DNA of 64,000 bases from Squalus acanthias. Taxonomy: Eukaryota. The DNA is taken from contig JASTWF010000048.1 in NCBI GenBank assembly GCA_030390025.1, positions 1,860,001-1,924,000 on the forward strand, in the 5' to 3' direction. Position 1 is the stretch's first letter; each line of letters starts with the position of its first letter. Under the pieces are notes generated by a model. The model searched no databases, had not been told where the DNA came from, and saw nothing but the letters and a program-made list of their open reading frames with translations. Shown here piece by piece: positions 1 through 11,725 of the stretch. The position numbers and the translations under genes were made by a program.

Positions 1-43
1 GGGCCGACCGTGTAACAAATTTGTCAAGTTGCGCATGACACAA

Positions 44-150
44 GTGCTGCCAACTAGTGGCGTAAATAAGCACTGAACATCTATCTCGAGCTGGCACCTG
101 CTGGCGAAACTTCAGCACTGAAGTTCCATATCGAGCTGTCAATTTGCAAT
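44..150 (-). promoter_or_regulatory. Tandem CTCF motif array, distal part (family-A V1 unit)
   Basis: ~44-bp units: gtgctgccaactagtggc (44-61) plus agcactgaa (69-77), and gagctggcacctgctggc (88-105) plus agcactgaa (114-122). Reverse complement matches the CTCF core CCASYAGRKGGCRS plus the upstream module. Confidence 0.6.
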
Positions 151-164
151 TTAATCTGAATGGA

Positions 165-680
165 GCAAAGTTAATGTCAAGTCCTCAGAGAGGGCGCAGA
201 AGAGATTCACTCGACTGCCACCAGGAATGCAGAGATTAAGTTACGTGGAGAGAGTGGATAAGTTGAGTTTGTTCTCCATAGAGCAGAGAACCATGCGCGA
301 AAATTTGACAGAGGTGTTCAAAATCATATATGCTTTGATTAGATTAAATCAGGAGAAACTGTTTGCAGTGGCAGAAGGGACGGTAAACAAAGGGCACAGA
401 TTGAAAGTAATTGGCAAACGAATCAGAGGGGAAGATGAGGAGATGTTTTATTTATGCAGCGAGTTGTTATTATCGTGAATACATTGTCTGAAAGAGCGGT
501 GGAAGCAGATTCAAAAATAACTTCCCAAAGCGTATTGAATATATACGTAAAGGGGAAGAATTTGCTATATGGGGAAAGAGCAGGGGGGAGTAGTAGTAAT
601 TGGATAGCTCTTTCAAAGAGCCGGTACAGTCACGGTGGTCCGAATGGCCTCCTTCCGTACTGGATCATTCTGTGGTGCGA
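165..680 (+). mobile_element. CR1-like LINE 3' fragment interrupting the CTCF array
   Basis: ORF 227-478 (LSYVERVDKLSLFSIEQR..LTEVFKII..GHRLKVIGKR) is a typical CR1 ORF2 C-terminus, followed by a 3' tail. Confidence 0.8.
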
Positions 681-684
681 TGAT

Positions 685-755
685 CTGGTCGGCAGAAACT
701 TTGCACTGAACTTTCATCTAGTGCTGCCACCTGGTGGCAGAAAGTGATCACTGAA
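685..755 (-). promoter_or_regulatory. RSS-proximal CTCF motif(s) of V1
   Basis: gtgctgccacctggtggc at 721-738 (rc GCCACCAGGTGGCAGCAC) with atcactgaa at 747-755, 36 bp from the RSS nonamer. A partial unit precedes it. Confidence 0.75.
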
Positions 756-774
756 CTCCCATTCATCCGCTGCA

Positions 775-813
775 GGTTTTTGTAGCTGGGGAGCCGCTTT
801 CTCAAACGCTGTG
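775..813 (-). other. 23-RSS of V1
   Basis: CACAGCG - 23 bp - ACAAAAACC. Confidence 0.95.
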
Positions 814-1821
814 CGATACTACAGCACAGTAATAGACAGCGGTGTGAGACGGAGAGGCGGTGCTCAGTTCCAAAGTAAACAGCGTATTGCTGATTCTTTT
901 GGCCGTAACAGACTCGGACGTGTATTTCCTAGTATCACCTTCGCCAGCAGAAGAGAAAAGAGCTTCTAATGGCCGGTCGGGTTGTTGTCTGTACCAGAAC
1001 ATGGTATAGCCAGTATTCGTCAACGTGCATCTGAGTGTGGTCGACTCTCCTGCTCCAATCGATAGGATAGTTGGCGACTGCTCCACGTACGAGGCGAGTA
1101 TTCCTGTCGAAAGGAACATCGATTAGATTCTTATTCCCATCAATAATTGAATAGGCAGGGATTACATCTAAAAAATAACTTGCATTTCTACAGTCCGTTT
1201 CGCGACCCCAGGACGTCCCAAAGCGCTTCAAACCAAGGAAGAACTTTTAGAAGTGTGGTCACTGTTGTAATGTAGTCATCGCTGTCGCCAAATTTCCCAC
1301 AGCAAGATCCCACACTGAGCAAGATGAAAACTTGGTGTTTATAGGTGCTCGATGCGGGATAGATATTTGATAATCTACGTCCACCTGAGAGGGCAGCTTT
1401 AATTAATTTCCGAAAGATGCCACCTGCGACGGTGCAGCACACCCTCAGTACTGCCCATCCGACACTCCAGCGCTCCCACAGTACTGCCCCCTACGATATT
1501 GCAGCGCTCCCTCAGTACTGCCCGCTCCGACATTGCAGCGCTCTCTCAGTACTGCCACTCCGATGGTGCAGCGCTCCCTCAGTACTGTCCAGTCCGACAG
1601 TGCAGAACTCCCTTATTACTGGCACTGGTAGCGTCAGCCTTGATTTTGTGCTCAAGTTTCTGTAATGAGACGCGATCCCGCGACCTTCTGACTCGGTAAC
1701 AAGAAGGCAATCATCTGAACTACAGCTGACATTATAGTACATTATTCGATAAAGTTTGTTACTTTGACTTACGTGGGATCAATGAAGCCATCAAGATTAG
1801 ATAATGAGTTTTAAGAAACAT
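814..1821 (-). CDS. TRBV: TCR V segment V1 (family A), probably TRBV, functional
   Basis: Leader exon 1773-1821 (MFLKTHYLILMASLIP, GTAAGT donor). V exon 814-1103 after a CAG acceptor: ILASYVEQSP..LRC..MFWYRQ..HTAVYYCAVVS. Followed by a 23-RSS. Confidence 0.9.
1170..1740 (-). mobile_element. SINE in V1 intron with internal 33-bp repeat expansion
   Basis: The same interspersed repeat recurs in the introns of V13, V17 and V19 and elsewhere. Several cagtactgcccctccgacagtgcagcgctccct-like units lie at 1425-1620. Confidence 0.65.
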
Positions 1822-1938
1822 GATTTATTCATTCGACGCTGGCTCGCTGTGTGAACGAGTGCACCTCTATACCACGTCTAAAAGCCGTTTCTCTGTTGCA
1901 TCTGTTTAAGTAAGGAGCATCCGGTTATTATTGTTATA

Positions 1939-1953
1939 TGACGTCACTTCCTG
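1939..1953 (-). promoter_or_regulatory. V1 promoter ETS-CRE element (TCR Vbeta decamer)
   Basis: rc CAGGAAGTGACGTCA, containing AGTGACGTCA, about 120 bp upstream of the ATG. Confidence 0.75.
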
Positions 1954-3009
1954 CGAAACCCACCCATCATCCCATTACTTCGGTCGTTTAGCATCTTCAT
2001 ATAATGATACAGCAAAGATGACAACGATAGATTTAATCGAGGTGTTCAAATTTCTGAGCGGTTTTGATAGAGCAGACTGGAAAAATTGATTCCTCTGCGG
2101 GCAGGCTCGGTGACCAGAGGCCACAGATTTAATGTAATTGGGGAAAATTCAACTGGTAGTTGAGGAGACAGTTTTTTACGCAGCAAGATTTTATGTTCGG
2201 GAATGCATTTCCTGAAATGGTGCTGGAGACAGATTAATTGGTAACTTTCCAAGGGAATTGGACATAAACTTGAAGAGGATAAAAACAGGGCTGTGGGCAA
2301 TGAGCAGGTGTGTGGGAATAATTGGATAGGAGAGGCCAAAACCAGGGGCCATAAGCATAAGATAGACATTAATAAATCCAATACGGAATCAGGAAACAAA
2401 TAATTACCCAGAGAGTGGTGAGAATGTGGAACTCGCTACCACAGGGAGTGGTTGAGTTAAATAACACAGCTGCATTTAAGGGGAAGATCGATAAGCACAT
2501 GAGGGTGAGATGAAGGAGAGAGGGAGGAGACTCGTGGGAGGCTAATTGGATCGCTCTTTCAAAGAGCCGGCACGGACTGGACTGACCGAGTGGCCTCCTT
2601 CTGTGCTGTAGGATTCTATGATTCTATAAAACACGGATCATTGTTGAGTCAAAGTTCTCTCTTGTTTCTTCGCTGGACTGAACTTCTAGTTTCTTTGAAA
2701 AAACACTTCAAAAGGCGCCTAGAGTCTGATAGAGAAGTGGGTAAACGGTAATCAACAGATTTTGTAACCGCCGTTAGGAGGCAGGTGTCTTAGTGAAAAA
2801 CATAACTGGGGAGCATCTCGCCTTTGCACAGTATGAAACATTCATGACACGTTTAAGGGTTCTAAGATGAATTATTTGCTATGTGTATGGGGCTGTTCGC
2901 CTTAGTGAAGGTTAAGAAGAGTTTTACCGGAATGGTACCAGGGATGTGGGACGTCATGTTTGAGTAGAATTATTTTTTCACAGCGAGTTGTTTTGACATG
3001 GAATGCACT

Positions 3010-3765
3010 ACAACAACAACAACTTGGATTTATAGAGCGCCTTTAACGTAGTAAAACATCCCAAGGCGATGCACAGGAGTATTTTAAGGCAATCAATTTG
3101 ACACCGAGCCACATAAGAATAAATTAGGACAGGTGAACAAAGAGGTATTAGGATCGTCTTAAAGGAGGGAAGAGAGGTAGCGAGGCCGAGAGGTTTAGGG
3201 AGGGAATTCCAGAGCTTAGGGCCCAGGCAGCTGAAGGCACGGCCACCAAAGGTGCAGCGATTATAATCAGGGATGCTCAAGAGGGCAGAATTAGAGAAGT
3301 GCAGATATCTCGGGGGCGTTCTGGGGCTGAAGGATATTACCGAGATAGGAAGGGGCGAGGACATGGAGGGATTTGAAAACAAGGATGAGAATTTTGAAAT
3401 TGAGGCGCTGATTAACCGGGAGCTAATGTCGGTCAGCGAGCACAGGGGAGATGGGCGAACGGGACTTGGTGCGAGTTAGGAAACGGCCAGCCGAGTTTTG
3501 GATGACCTCAAGTTTAGGTAGGGTTGAATGTGGGAGGCCAGCCACGAGTGCATGGGAATATTGAAGTCCAGACGTAATAAAGGCATGGATGAGGGTTTCA
3601 GCAACGGATGAGCTGAGGCAAGGACGGAGACGGGCGATGTAACGAAGGGGGAAATAGGAAGTCTTTGTTAAGCTGCGGTATTGTGGTCGGAAGTTGATTT
3701 CCGGGTCAAATATGACAACAAGGTCGCCAAAACTCTGGTTCAGCCACAGACAGATGTTAGACAGA
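3010..3765 (-). mobile_element. L2/CR1-clade LINE 3' fragment nested in a CR1 fragment
   Basis: ORFs 3008-3382 and 3423-3809 (IARLRPCLSSSVAETLIHAFITS; GGRAFSCLGPKLWNSLP) with a (TTG)n tail. It splits the host sequence ggaatgcactac|ctgaaagggtgg. Confidence 0.8.
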
Positions 3766-4410
3766 CTACCTGAAAGGGTGGTGGAAGCAGATTCAATAGT
3801 AACTTTCAAAAGGGTAATCGTATAAATATTTGAAGGGGAAGGAATTGCAGGGTTATTAAGAATTAGAATAATTCGAGAGGCCTTTCAGAGAGCCGGCACA
3901 GGCTAGATGGCCCACCTCTTTGCTTCATCATTCTATGATTTGATGATAATCAGCGCATCTCTCGTCACTATTGCGACAGCGCAATTAAGAGGAGTGTTGT
4001 GCATCTCCTCTGTTGGCCTGGGCTTGGAAATTATTCACTGTTATAATTGGGAGGTGTGTGTAACTCTTTCCCATATTCCTCCGTTCGCACTTTCAACTCT
4101 ACCAGCAACCCATTTCCCTCACCAAGTTAAAGGCTNNNNNNNNNNNNNNNNNNNNNNNNNNNNNNNNNNNNNNNNNNNNNNNNNNNNNNNNNNNNNNNNN
4201 NNNNNNNNNNNNNNNNNNNNNNNNNNNNNNNNNNNNNNNNNNNNNNNNNNNNNNNNNNNNNNNNNNNNNNNNNNNNNNNNNNNNNNNNNNNNNNNNNNNN
4301 NNNNNNNNNNNNNNNNNNNNNNNNNNNNNNNNNNNNNNNNNNNNNNNNNNNNNNNNNNNNNNNNNNNNNNNNNNNNNACATCTCCCATAGTTGTTTCCTG
4401 TTCCTTTTGG

Positions 4411-4449
4411 GGTTTTTGTTCAGACCCTCCATCGCTCTGAGTCCCTGTG
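4411..4449 (-). other. 23-RSS of V2
   Basis: CACAGGG - 23 bp - ACAAAAACC. Confidence 0.9.
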
Positions 4450-5361
4450 CAGACTCCAGGCTCAGTAAAACACGGCCGAGTGATTTGCCGACTGGCTGGT
4501 GGATTCCAGGTAAAAGTGGGTGTCGTCGGGTCTCCTGGCGTTAAAACCGTCCACCTGACTGGAGGGAGTGACCGTTTGTTTGAAGCTGGAGTAGAAAAGG
4601 TTCTGAGGCTCCCGGTCAGGAAGACACCGGTATCAGTAGAAATATGAGTTCGCTGCTGCTTCTGTGTTAAGGCACTCGATGCTAACTTGTGTGCCCGGGG
4701 AACTGGATAAGGAAGCGGGGATCTGTTGGATCAGCACGGCCCCCGTATCTGTAAATACCGAGAAAGAGAGAGAGAGAGATAAACCCAGGGGAAATCTAAA
4801 CATCGACACACGCCATGAATGGGCAATGTAAGGAAGAGAGAGAGGGGGAGAGAGGGAGTGAGTGAGAGAGAAGCAGAGAGAGAGCGAGAGACCGAGAAAG
4901 AGAGCGATAACACTCGGGACAATTCACAAATTGACAGCCGACGTGAAGGAGCGCACGGGGAAATAGAGAGAGACAGAGAGAGATACAAAGATAGACAGAG
5001 TGAGTGAATGAGAGAGATACAGAGAGAGGGTCAAGGGAGAGACAATTTGACAGGCAGGTAGAGAGACCGAAAGACAGAAGGACGGCGAGAAACTGACAGA
5101 CAGAGATACAGACTCAGAGAGTGTGTGAGAGTGTGTGAGAGAGACAGAAAGAGAGAGAGAGTGAGAGAGACAGAGAGAATGAGAGCAAATTATAGAGATA
5201 GAGAATCGACACCAAACCGGGGACTGAAGGTGCCCACGAGGCGATAAGTCCCCAAATTGGACAGACGGGGTAATAACAGTGAGGATCACTGAAAGCTCAC
5301 AGCCCAGCTCCACCTTACCCGTTAACACCAGCAACACAACCCAGAGCTGTGACACAGCCAT
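4450..5361 (-). pseudogene. TCR V pseudogene V2 (family B)
   Basis: Leader 5319-5361 (MAVSQLWVVLLVLT). V exon 4450-4748 reads AVLIQQIPAS..IECLNTEAAANSYFY*YRCL..HSAVFY*AWSL, with TGA replacing the conserved Trp (4633-4635) and the second Cys (4462-4464). Confidence 0.9.
4760..5200. repeat. GA-rich low-complexity intronic tract
   Basis: Degenerate (GA)n/(GACA)n. Similar tracts at 9010-9350, 40900-41290 and 53460-53890. Confidence 0.85.
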
Positions 5362-8300
5362 CTCTGGAGGGAGAAAAATCCGGGTGAATATTGTGTGAAA
5401 TCACTGAGCCGATTTATTGTAGAATATCTCCAAGTTCTGAGCACCGAGTGGAATTTAATGTCCCCTCTCCTCCAAGGTTAAATGGGCGGGGCCAATCTCT
5501 CTTTACTTGTTCATTGGCTCCTACATCAGTGGCACATAAATCGGTGATCTTACGGAGTTTCAACTAGGCGATCTTAGTGATGGCGCGAAGTTATTGCAGT
5601 GAAGTTCCCCAACAGTCAGTTTTGGATCCATTAATCTTTGCAAATTTGAGAATGGACCTAGACTCGGGTGCAGGGAGCAATATTATAAAGTTTGCAGATT
5701 AAACGAAACTTTGCAAACCCGGATATCATGGGTTAAGTTACGAGGAAAGATTACACAAATTAGGGTGGTATTCCCTCGAATTTAGAAGGCTGGGGTGATC
5801 GGATCGAAATTTTCAGGATATTAAGGGGATCAGCTAGGGTTCATCGAGAGAAGCTATTTCCGGTGGTTGAGGATTGTAGGACATGGGGACATAGTGTAAA
5901 AATTAGAGCCAGACATTTCAGAAGTGAAATTAGGGAACACTTCGAACACAAAGAGTGGTAGAAGTTTGGAACTCATTCCGCAAGCAGAAGGAGAAGGGTA
6001 GCAGGCGCATGGGAACACCACCACATCCAAGTTCCCCTCCAACTCACATACAATCGTGACATAGAAGTATATCGCCGATTCTTCATTGTCGCTGGGTCAA
6101 AATCCTGGAACTCGCTCCCTAAAAGCACAGTGGAAGCACCTTCACCACACGGACTGCAGCGGTTCAAGAAGACGGCTCACCACCACCTTTCCAAGGGCAA
6201 TTAGGGATAGGCAATAAATGCCGGCCTTGCAAGGGACGCCCACATCCCATTTAAAAAACGAATATAAAACCAAAATTGATGCTGGACCAATTGTTAATTT
6301 TAAATCGGGGATTGATAGCTTTTTGTTAACCAGAGGTGTTAATTGATATGGGGCACAGGCGGGTATATGGAGTTAGGTCGTAGGTCAGTCATGATCTCAC
6401 TGAATGGTGGAACAGACTCGAGGGGCTGAATGGCCTACTCTTCTACCTATGTTCCTATGTTCCTAGAGTAGTAGATATTGATGAGGATAGTTATAGGCTT
6501 CAGGATGACATAGGCAGGACGGTGAAATCGGCAGAAGCATGGCAGATGGAGTTCAACGCGGAGAAGGGTGAAGTGATGCACTTTGGGAGGACTAATATGG
6601 ACGAACAGGATACTATAAATGGCACGATTTCGAAAATTGTCGATAAGCAGAGGGACCTTGATGTCCACATACACAAATCGTAAATGTGGCAAGGCAATTT
6701 GATAAGGTGTTTGAAAAGCATATGCTTTACTAAATGGAGGCATAGAACTTAAAATCAAATCGATCAGGCTAAAATGATTAACATCGCGAGGTAGGCCTCA
6801 GCTGGAGTGTTGGAGCGGCATTACTGTGGGAGTGCTGCACTGTCGGCGGGGCAGTACTGAGGCAGTGCTGCACTCTCGCTGAACAATCATAGAGCCCTAG
6901 AAAGTTACAGCACAGAATGAGGCCATTCTGGGCACTACATTTCAGGAAAGATGTAAAGACCTCAGAAAGGAGGTTTGCCTGGTTGTTACCAGGGATGAGG
7001 GATTTCAGTGAAGTGGAGAGGTTGGAAAAGTTGGAATATAAGTTTTCCAGGCAATGAGAGGTTTTAATAGAGTCGATAGAGCAAACTTACTCCCTCTGGC
7101 GAGTGGATCAAACACCAGAGGTGCTCCTGATGTAGCACCTACCCATTCAGACGAGGAAGACTCCAAGATCAACTTCGGCCTGTCCTGGCCCTTTATTTAT
7201 CCCTCAACCACTAATACTGAACAAAAACAGATGATCTTGTCGTTATCGCAAACAGCAGTGGTGCTAGTACTGAACCTTGGTAAACAACAATGTATACCTC
7301 CCTCCACAACTCTCTGTTTTATATCCACATGCCAATTTTGTATCCGTACTGGTCCTTCCCCTTTTATCCCATGGGATTCAAACATCAGTCAATTAGTTGG
7401 GTCAAAGTGCTCGCTTGTTCCAGTTAGTGCAGGTTTCAGTACACTTATGGTAAACGGAAACTAAAGGGTTAAATACTTCGCTGCCCTAAACTGCATTCTT
7501 GGAAAAGACTTCAAAAGGCCCCGAGAGTCTTATACAGAAGTAGGCTAACGGTTTTCAACAGATTCTCAAACTGCCTTCAGCAAGCAGGTGTTCCGACGAG
7601 AAAAGCATCTTGGGAGGCGTCTCGTCTTTGCACAGTATGAAACATCGGTGACACGTTTAAGTGTTCAAAGATTCACCATTTACTAATTTTTATGGGGTGT
7701 TGCCCCTTATGGCAGTGAAGGGCAAGGGGAGATTTGAAAGAGCTGTTCAAAATCACGAACGGTTTTGATAAACTAAATAAGGAGCAACTTGTATCTAACG
7801 GCAGCAGGGTCGGTAACCAGAGGAGACCAGATTAAGGTAATTTTCAAAAGAACCAGATGAGTAGAATTGTTCTTTCACCGAGTTGTCTGGAATTCACTGC
7901 CTCAAAGGGTGGAGGAAGCAGATGCAGGAGTATCTTTCAAAAGGGAATTGGATGAACACTTCAAGGAGAACATTTTTCAGGGCTGTGGGGAACGGGGCAG
8001 GAGAATGAAACTATTTGTATTCATATTTCAAGGAGCCAGAACCATTAACCCCACCTTGTAATCTGCTTGTAAAAATGTAAAGGATATATGAATGAGAAAT
8101 TACTCCAAAACATTCATACATCAATTTTAATATTTAATAATGTATTGAAATAATCAAAAGAGAACCAGAATATGAATCAATAACAACAATATCAAACCAT
8201 GAATTGTCATTTATTTAAAGGGCATTATCTAAGGAACAGATAAATAGATAGATAGATAGATATAGATATATATATATATATAGATGGATCGATAGATCGA

Positions 8301-8607
8301 TANNNNNNNNNNNNNNNNNNNNNNNNNNNNNNNNNNNNNNNNNNNNNNNNNNNNNNNNNNNNNNNNNNNNNNNNNNNNNNNNNNNNNNNNNNNNNNNNNN
8401 NNNNNNNNNNNNNNNNNNNNNNNNNNNNNNNNNNNNNNNNNNNNNNNNNNNNNNNNNNNNNNNNNNNNNNNNNNNNNNNNNNNNNNNNNNNNNNNNNNNN
8501 NNNNNNNNNNNNNNNNNNNNNNNNCACACAGACCCACAGACAGACAGAGAGGCAGATCAATCTCCCACAGTTATTTGTCTCTAACAGCAGCTTCCTGCCC
8601 CCTTTGG

Positions 8608-8646
8608 GGTTTTTGTTGAGCTCCCCCAACCAACCGAATCACTGTG
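8608..8646 (-). other. 23-RSS of V3
   Basis: CACAGTG - 23 bp - ACAAAAACC (consensus). Confidence 0.97.
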
Positions 8647-9684
8647 CAGTCCCCAAGCGCAGTAATACACGGCCGAGTGATTTGCACGCAGGCTGGATGA
8701 TTCCAGGTAGAAGTGGCTTTCGTCGGTTCTCCTGGCGGTGAAACCGTCCACCTGACCGGAGGGAGCCACCGACCAACGGACGTTGGAATGGAAAAGTTTC
8801 TGAGGCTCCCGGTTGTGATGCCAGCGGTACCAGTAGAAAGAGGAGCTAATAGTTGCATCTGTGTAAAGGCATTCGATGCTAAGCGGAGTGCCCGGGGAAT
8901 TGGATATGGAAGCGGGGGTCTGTTTGACCAGCACGGCCCCCACATCTGTAGAACAGAGAGAGGTGTAAACGCAAGAAAAATCTACAGATTGACAGAGTGA
9001 CACGAAGAAGGACACGAGGGGGAGGAGAGAGGGAGAGAGAGGGGGAGTTATTGTGATTCGCAGTGCTACAGAGAGAAATATGGAGTGCGAGAGACAGAGT
9101 GTGAGGGTGATACAGATTTCGAGAGAGAAGGAAAGAGACAGATACGGATAGAGAGAGGAGCATAGAGAGACACAGATCAAACTACGGCAATCTATATATA
9201 GCCGCCGGGAAGGAACACAAGAGGAGAGAGAGAGACAGAGCGCGCTAATAAATAGAAAGCGAGAGAAAGACAGAGCGCGTAAGAGAAAGAGAGACAGACA
9301 GACAAAGAGGCAGCCAGAAAGAGAGACCGACAGACAGAGAGACTGGCAGACANNNNNNNNNNNNNNNNNNNNNNNNNNNNNNNNNNNNNNNNNNNNNNNN
9401 NNNNNNNNNNNNNNNNNNNNNNNNNNNNNNNNNNNNNNNNNNNNNNNNNNNNNNNNNNNNNNNNNNNNNNNNNNNNNNNNNNNNNNNNNNNNNNNNNNNN
9501 NNNNNNNNNNNNNNNNNNCGGAGGAAGCGAGAATCTACACCAACAGGTGAAAGAGACCAGGATGGGATTAAATCCAAAGGGGGACATGCGGGGTAATAAC
9601 ACTGAGGATGACTGAAAACTCACAGTCCATCTATATCTTACCTGCTAACACCAGCAACGCAACCCAGAGCTGAGACACAGCCAT
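8647..9684 (-). CDS. TRBV: TCR V segment V3 (family B), functional
   Basis: Leader 9642-9684 (MAVSQLWVALLVLA). V exon 8647-8945: VGAVLVKQTPAS..IECLY..FYWYRW..HSAVYYCAWGL, open frame. The intron contains an N gap. Confidence 0.9.
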
Positions 9685-10044
9685 CTCTGGAGGGAGAAAG
9701 ATCCGGGTGTTTATGTTGTGAAATCACTGAGCCGTTTTATTGTAGAATATCTCAAATTCTGGGCACTGAGTGAAATTTACTGAGACCTCTTCTACAATGC
9801 GAAGTGTTCGGATGGGCGGGTCCATTCTCTCTTTAATTGTTCATTGGCTGCCAAATCGGGACTTTTCATTTCCTGGGCAGGGCTGCTGAGGTCGCCGGGT
9901 AATCGGCGGTCTGTTTCATCCCTTTGGTGCCGGAGTCTGGAGTTCTTTAAACCTGCAACAACCCAAAGGCTCCAGCTGAGATTGCGATGATGGTGAGGGT
10001 AGAGAAAATGGAGTTATACTGTCTGTCTGATTCATTCAATGCAT

Positions 10045-11065
10045 AACCACTGAGTGAGGGTCTTTACTCTGTATCTAATCAGTGAGTGAGGATCTGTACT
10101 CTGTAACTTATCAGTGAGTGAGGGTCTTTACTCTGTATCTAATCATTGATTGAGGGACTTTACTCTGTATCTAATCATTGATTGAGGGACTTTACTCTGT
10201 ATCTAATCAGTGAGTGAGGGTCTTTACTCTGTAGCTAATCAGTGAGTGAGGGCCGTTACTCTCTGTCTAATCAGTGAGTGAGGGTCTTTACTCTATCCAA
10301 TCAGTGAGTGAGGATCTTTACTCTGTATCAAATCAGTGCGTGAGGGTCTTTGCTGTGTATTTAATCAGTGAGTGAGGGTCTTTACAGTGTATCTAATCAG
10401 TGAATAAAGGTATTTACTCTGTGTCTAATCAGTGAGTGAGGGCCGTTACTCTGTGTCTAATCAGTGAGTGAGGGTCTTTACTCTATCCAATCAGTGAGTG
10501 AGGATCTTTACTCTGTGTCAAATCAGTGAGTGAGGGTCTTTGCTGTGTATCTAATCAGTGAGTGAGGGTCTTTACTCTGTATCTAATCAGTGAGTGAGGG
10601 TATTTACTCTGTATGTAATCAGTGAGTGAGAGTCTTTGCACTGTATCTAATCAGTGAGTGAGGGTCTTTACTCTGTATCTAATCAGTGAGTGAGGGTATT
10701 TACTCTGTATCTAATCAGTGAGTGAGGGTATTTACTCTGTATCTAATCAGTGAGTGAGGGTATTTACTCTGTATGTAATCAGTGAGTGAGAGTCTTTGCA
10801 CTGTATCTAATCAGTGAGTGAGGGTCTTTACTCTGTATCTAATCAGTGAGTGAGGGTATTTACTCTGTATCTAATCAGTGAGTGAGGGTATTTACTCTGT
10901 ATCTAATCAGTGAGTGAGGGTCTTTGCACTGTATCTAATCCGTGAGTGATGGTATTTACTCTGTATGAAATCAGTGCGTGGGGTTAATTACACTGTATCT
11001 AATCACTGAGTAAGGCTCTTTACTCTGTATCTAATCAGTGAGTGAGGATCTTCATTCTGTATCAA
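10045..11065. repeat. 32-bp minisatellite, roughly 30 copies
   Basis: Unit tactctgtatctaatcagtgagtgagggt(c/a)tt. Period 32 (aatcagtg at 10681 and 10713). Confidence 0.95.
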
Positions 11066-11211
11066 AACAGTGTATGATGGGCTTTACTCTGCAGCTGAGC
11101 TATGCTGTCGCGTCTCGACCACCCCACCCCCGCCCCACGCCCTCGGGGATAACACCTTCGCCAGCAATCCTGCGACTGGATCGGTCCTGAACCCCGTTCT
11201 CTGCTGGACCG

Positions 11212-11250
11212 GGCTTTTGATGCACCGCCCCGGCTCCTTGTGTCACTGTG
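11212..11250 (-). other. 23-RSS of V4
   Basis: CACAGTG - 23 bp - TCAAAAGCC. Confidence 0.85.
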
Positions 11251-11525
11251 AAGACTCCAGCTGCAGTAATACACCCCCGAGTGGTTCGCTCGCAGGCGGG
11301 CCGTTTGCAGGTGGAAGGTGGAGCCGTCCAGTTCTCCCGCCGTGTCGATGCGCCCGGTATTCGGAGGGAAGAAAAACAGCGACAGTTCTCCGTCTGGGAG
11401 CTGGCGTTACCAGGAAAGCACTGTGTCGATGGAGCCCTCTGCATAACATCGGATCTGCAATGAGGATTGCCGGGGTTAGGAGATTACAGGTGGAATTTGC
11501 GGAACATTGCCGCAAGCCACACCGG
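11251..11525 (-). pseudogene. TCR V pseudogene V4 (B/G-related)
   Basis: LQIRCYAEGSIDTVLSW*RQLPDGELSLFF..FHLQTARLRANHSGVYYCSWSL. Stop in WYRQ, disrupted FR1, shortened CDR2 region. A donor remnant GTAAGT lies near 11609-11614. Confidence 0.85.
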
Positions 11526-11620
11526 CTAATATGAGGAAAGTAATGTGGTTAAAATACAGTGGGCGCTCACATTCGGAGCCAAACTGAGCCGTGGCATTGC
11601 AGAGGGTGACTTACTGTGAA

Positions 11621-11725
11621 AGCTCCTCTTTCTACTGGTACCGCTGGCATCACAACCGGGAGCCTCAGAAACTTTTCCATTCCAACGTCCGTTGGTCGGT
11701 GGCTCCCTCCGGTCAGGTGGACGGT
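11621..11725 (+). repeat. Inverted 105-bp copy of V3 CDR1-FR2-CDR2
   Basis: Exact reverse complement of 8743-8847 (SSSFYWYRWHHNREPQKLFHSNVRWSVAPSGQVDG). Confidence 0.95.

Noticed and set aside
4119-4440. ORFs spanning N runs (all nine gaps)
   Set aside because: Gap artefacts.
11419-11425. Internal CACAGTG in V4 as a V-replacement signal
   Set aside because: It lies in CDR1 of a pseudogene with no nonamer at 12 or 23 bp.
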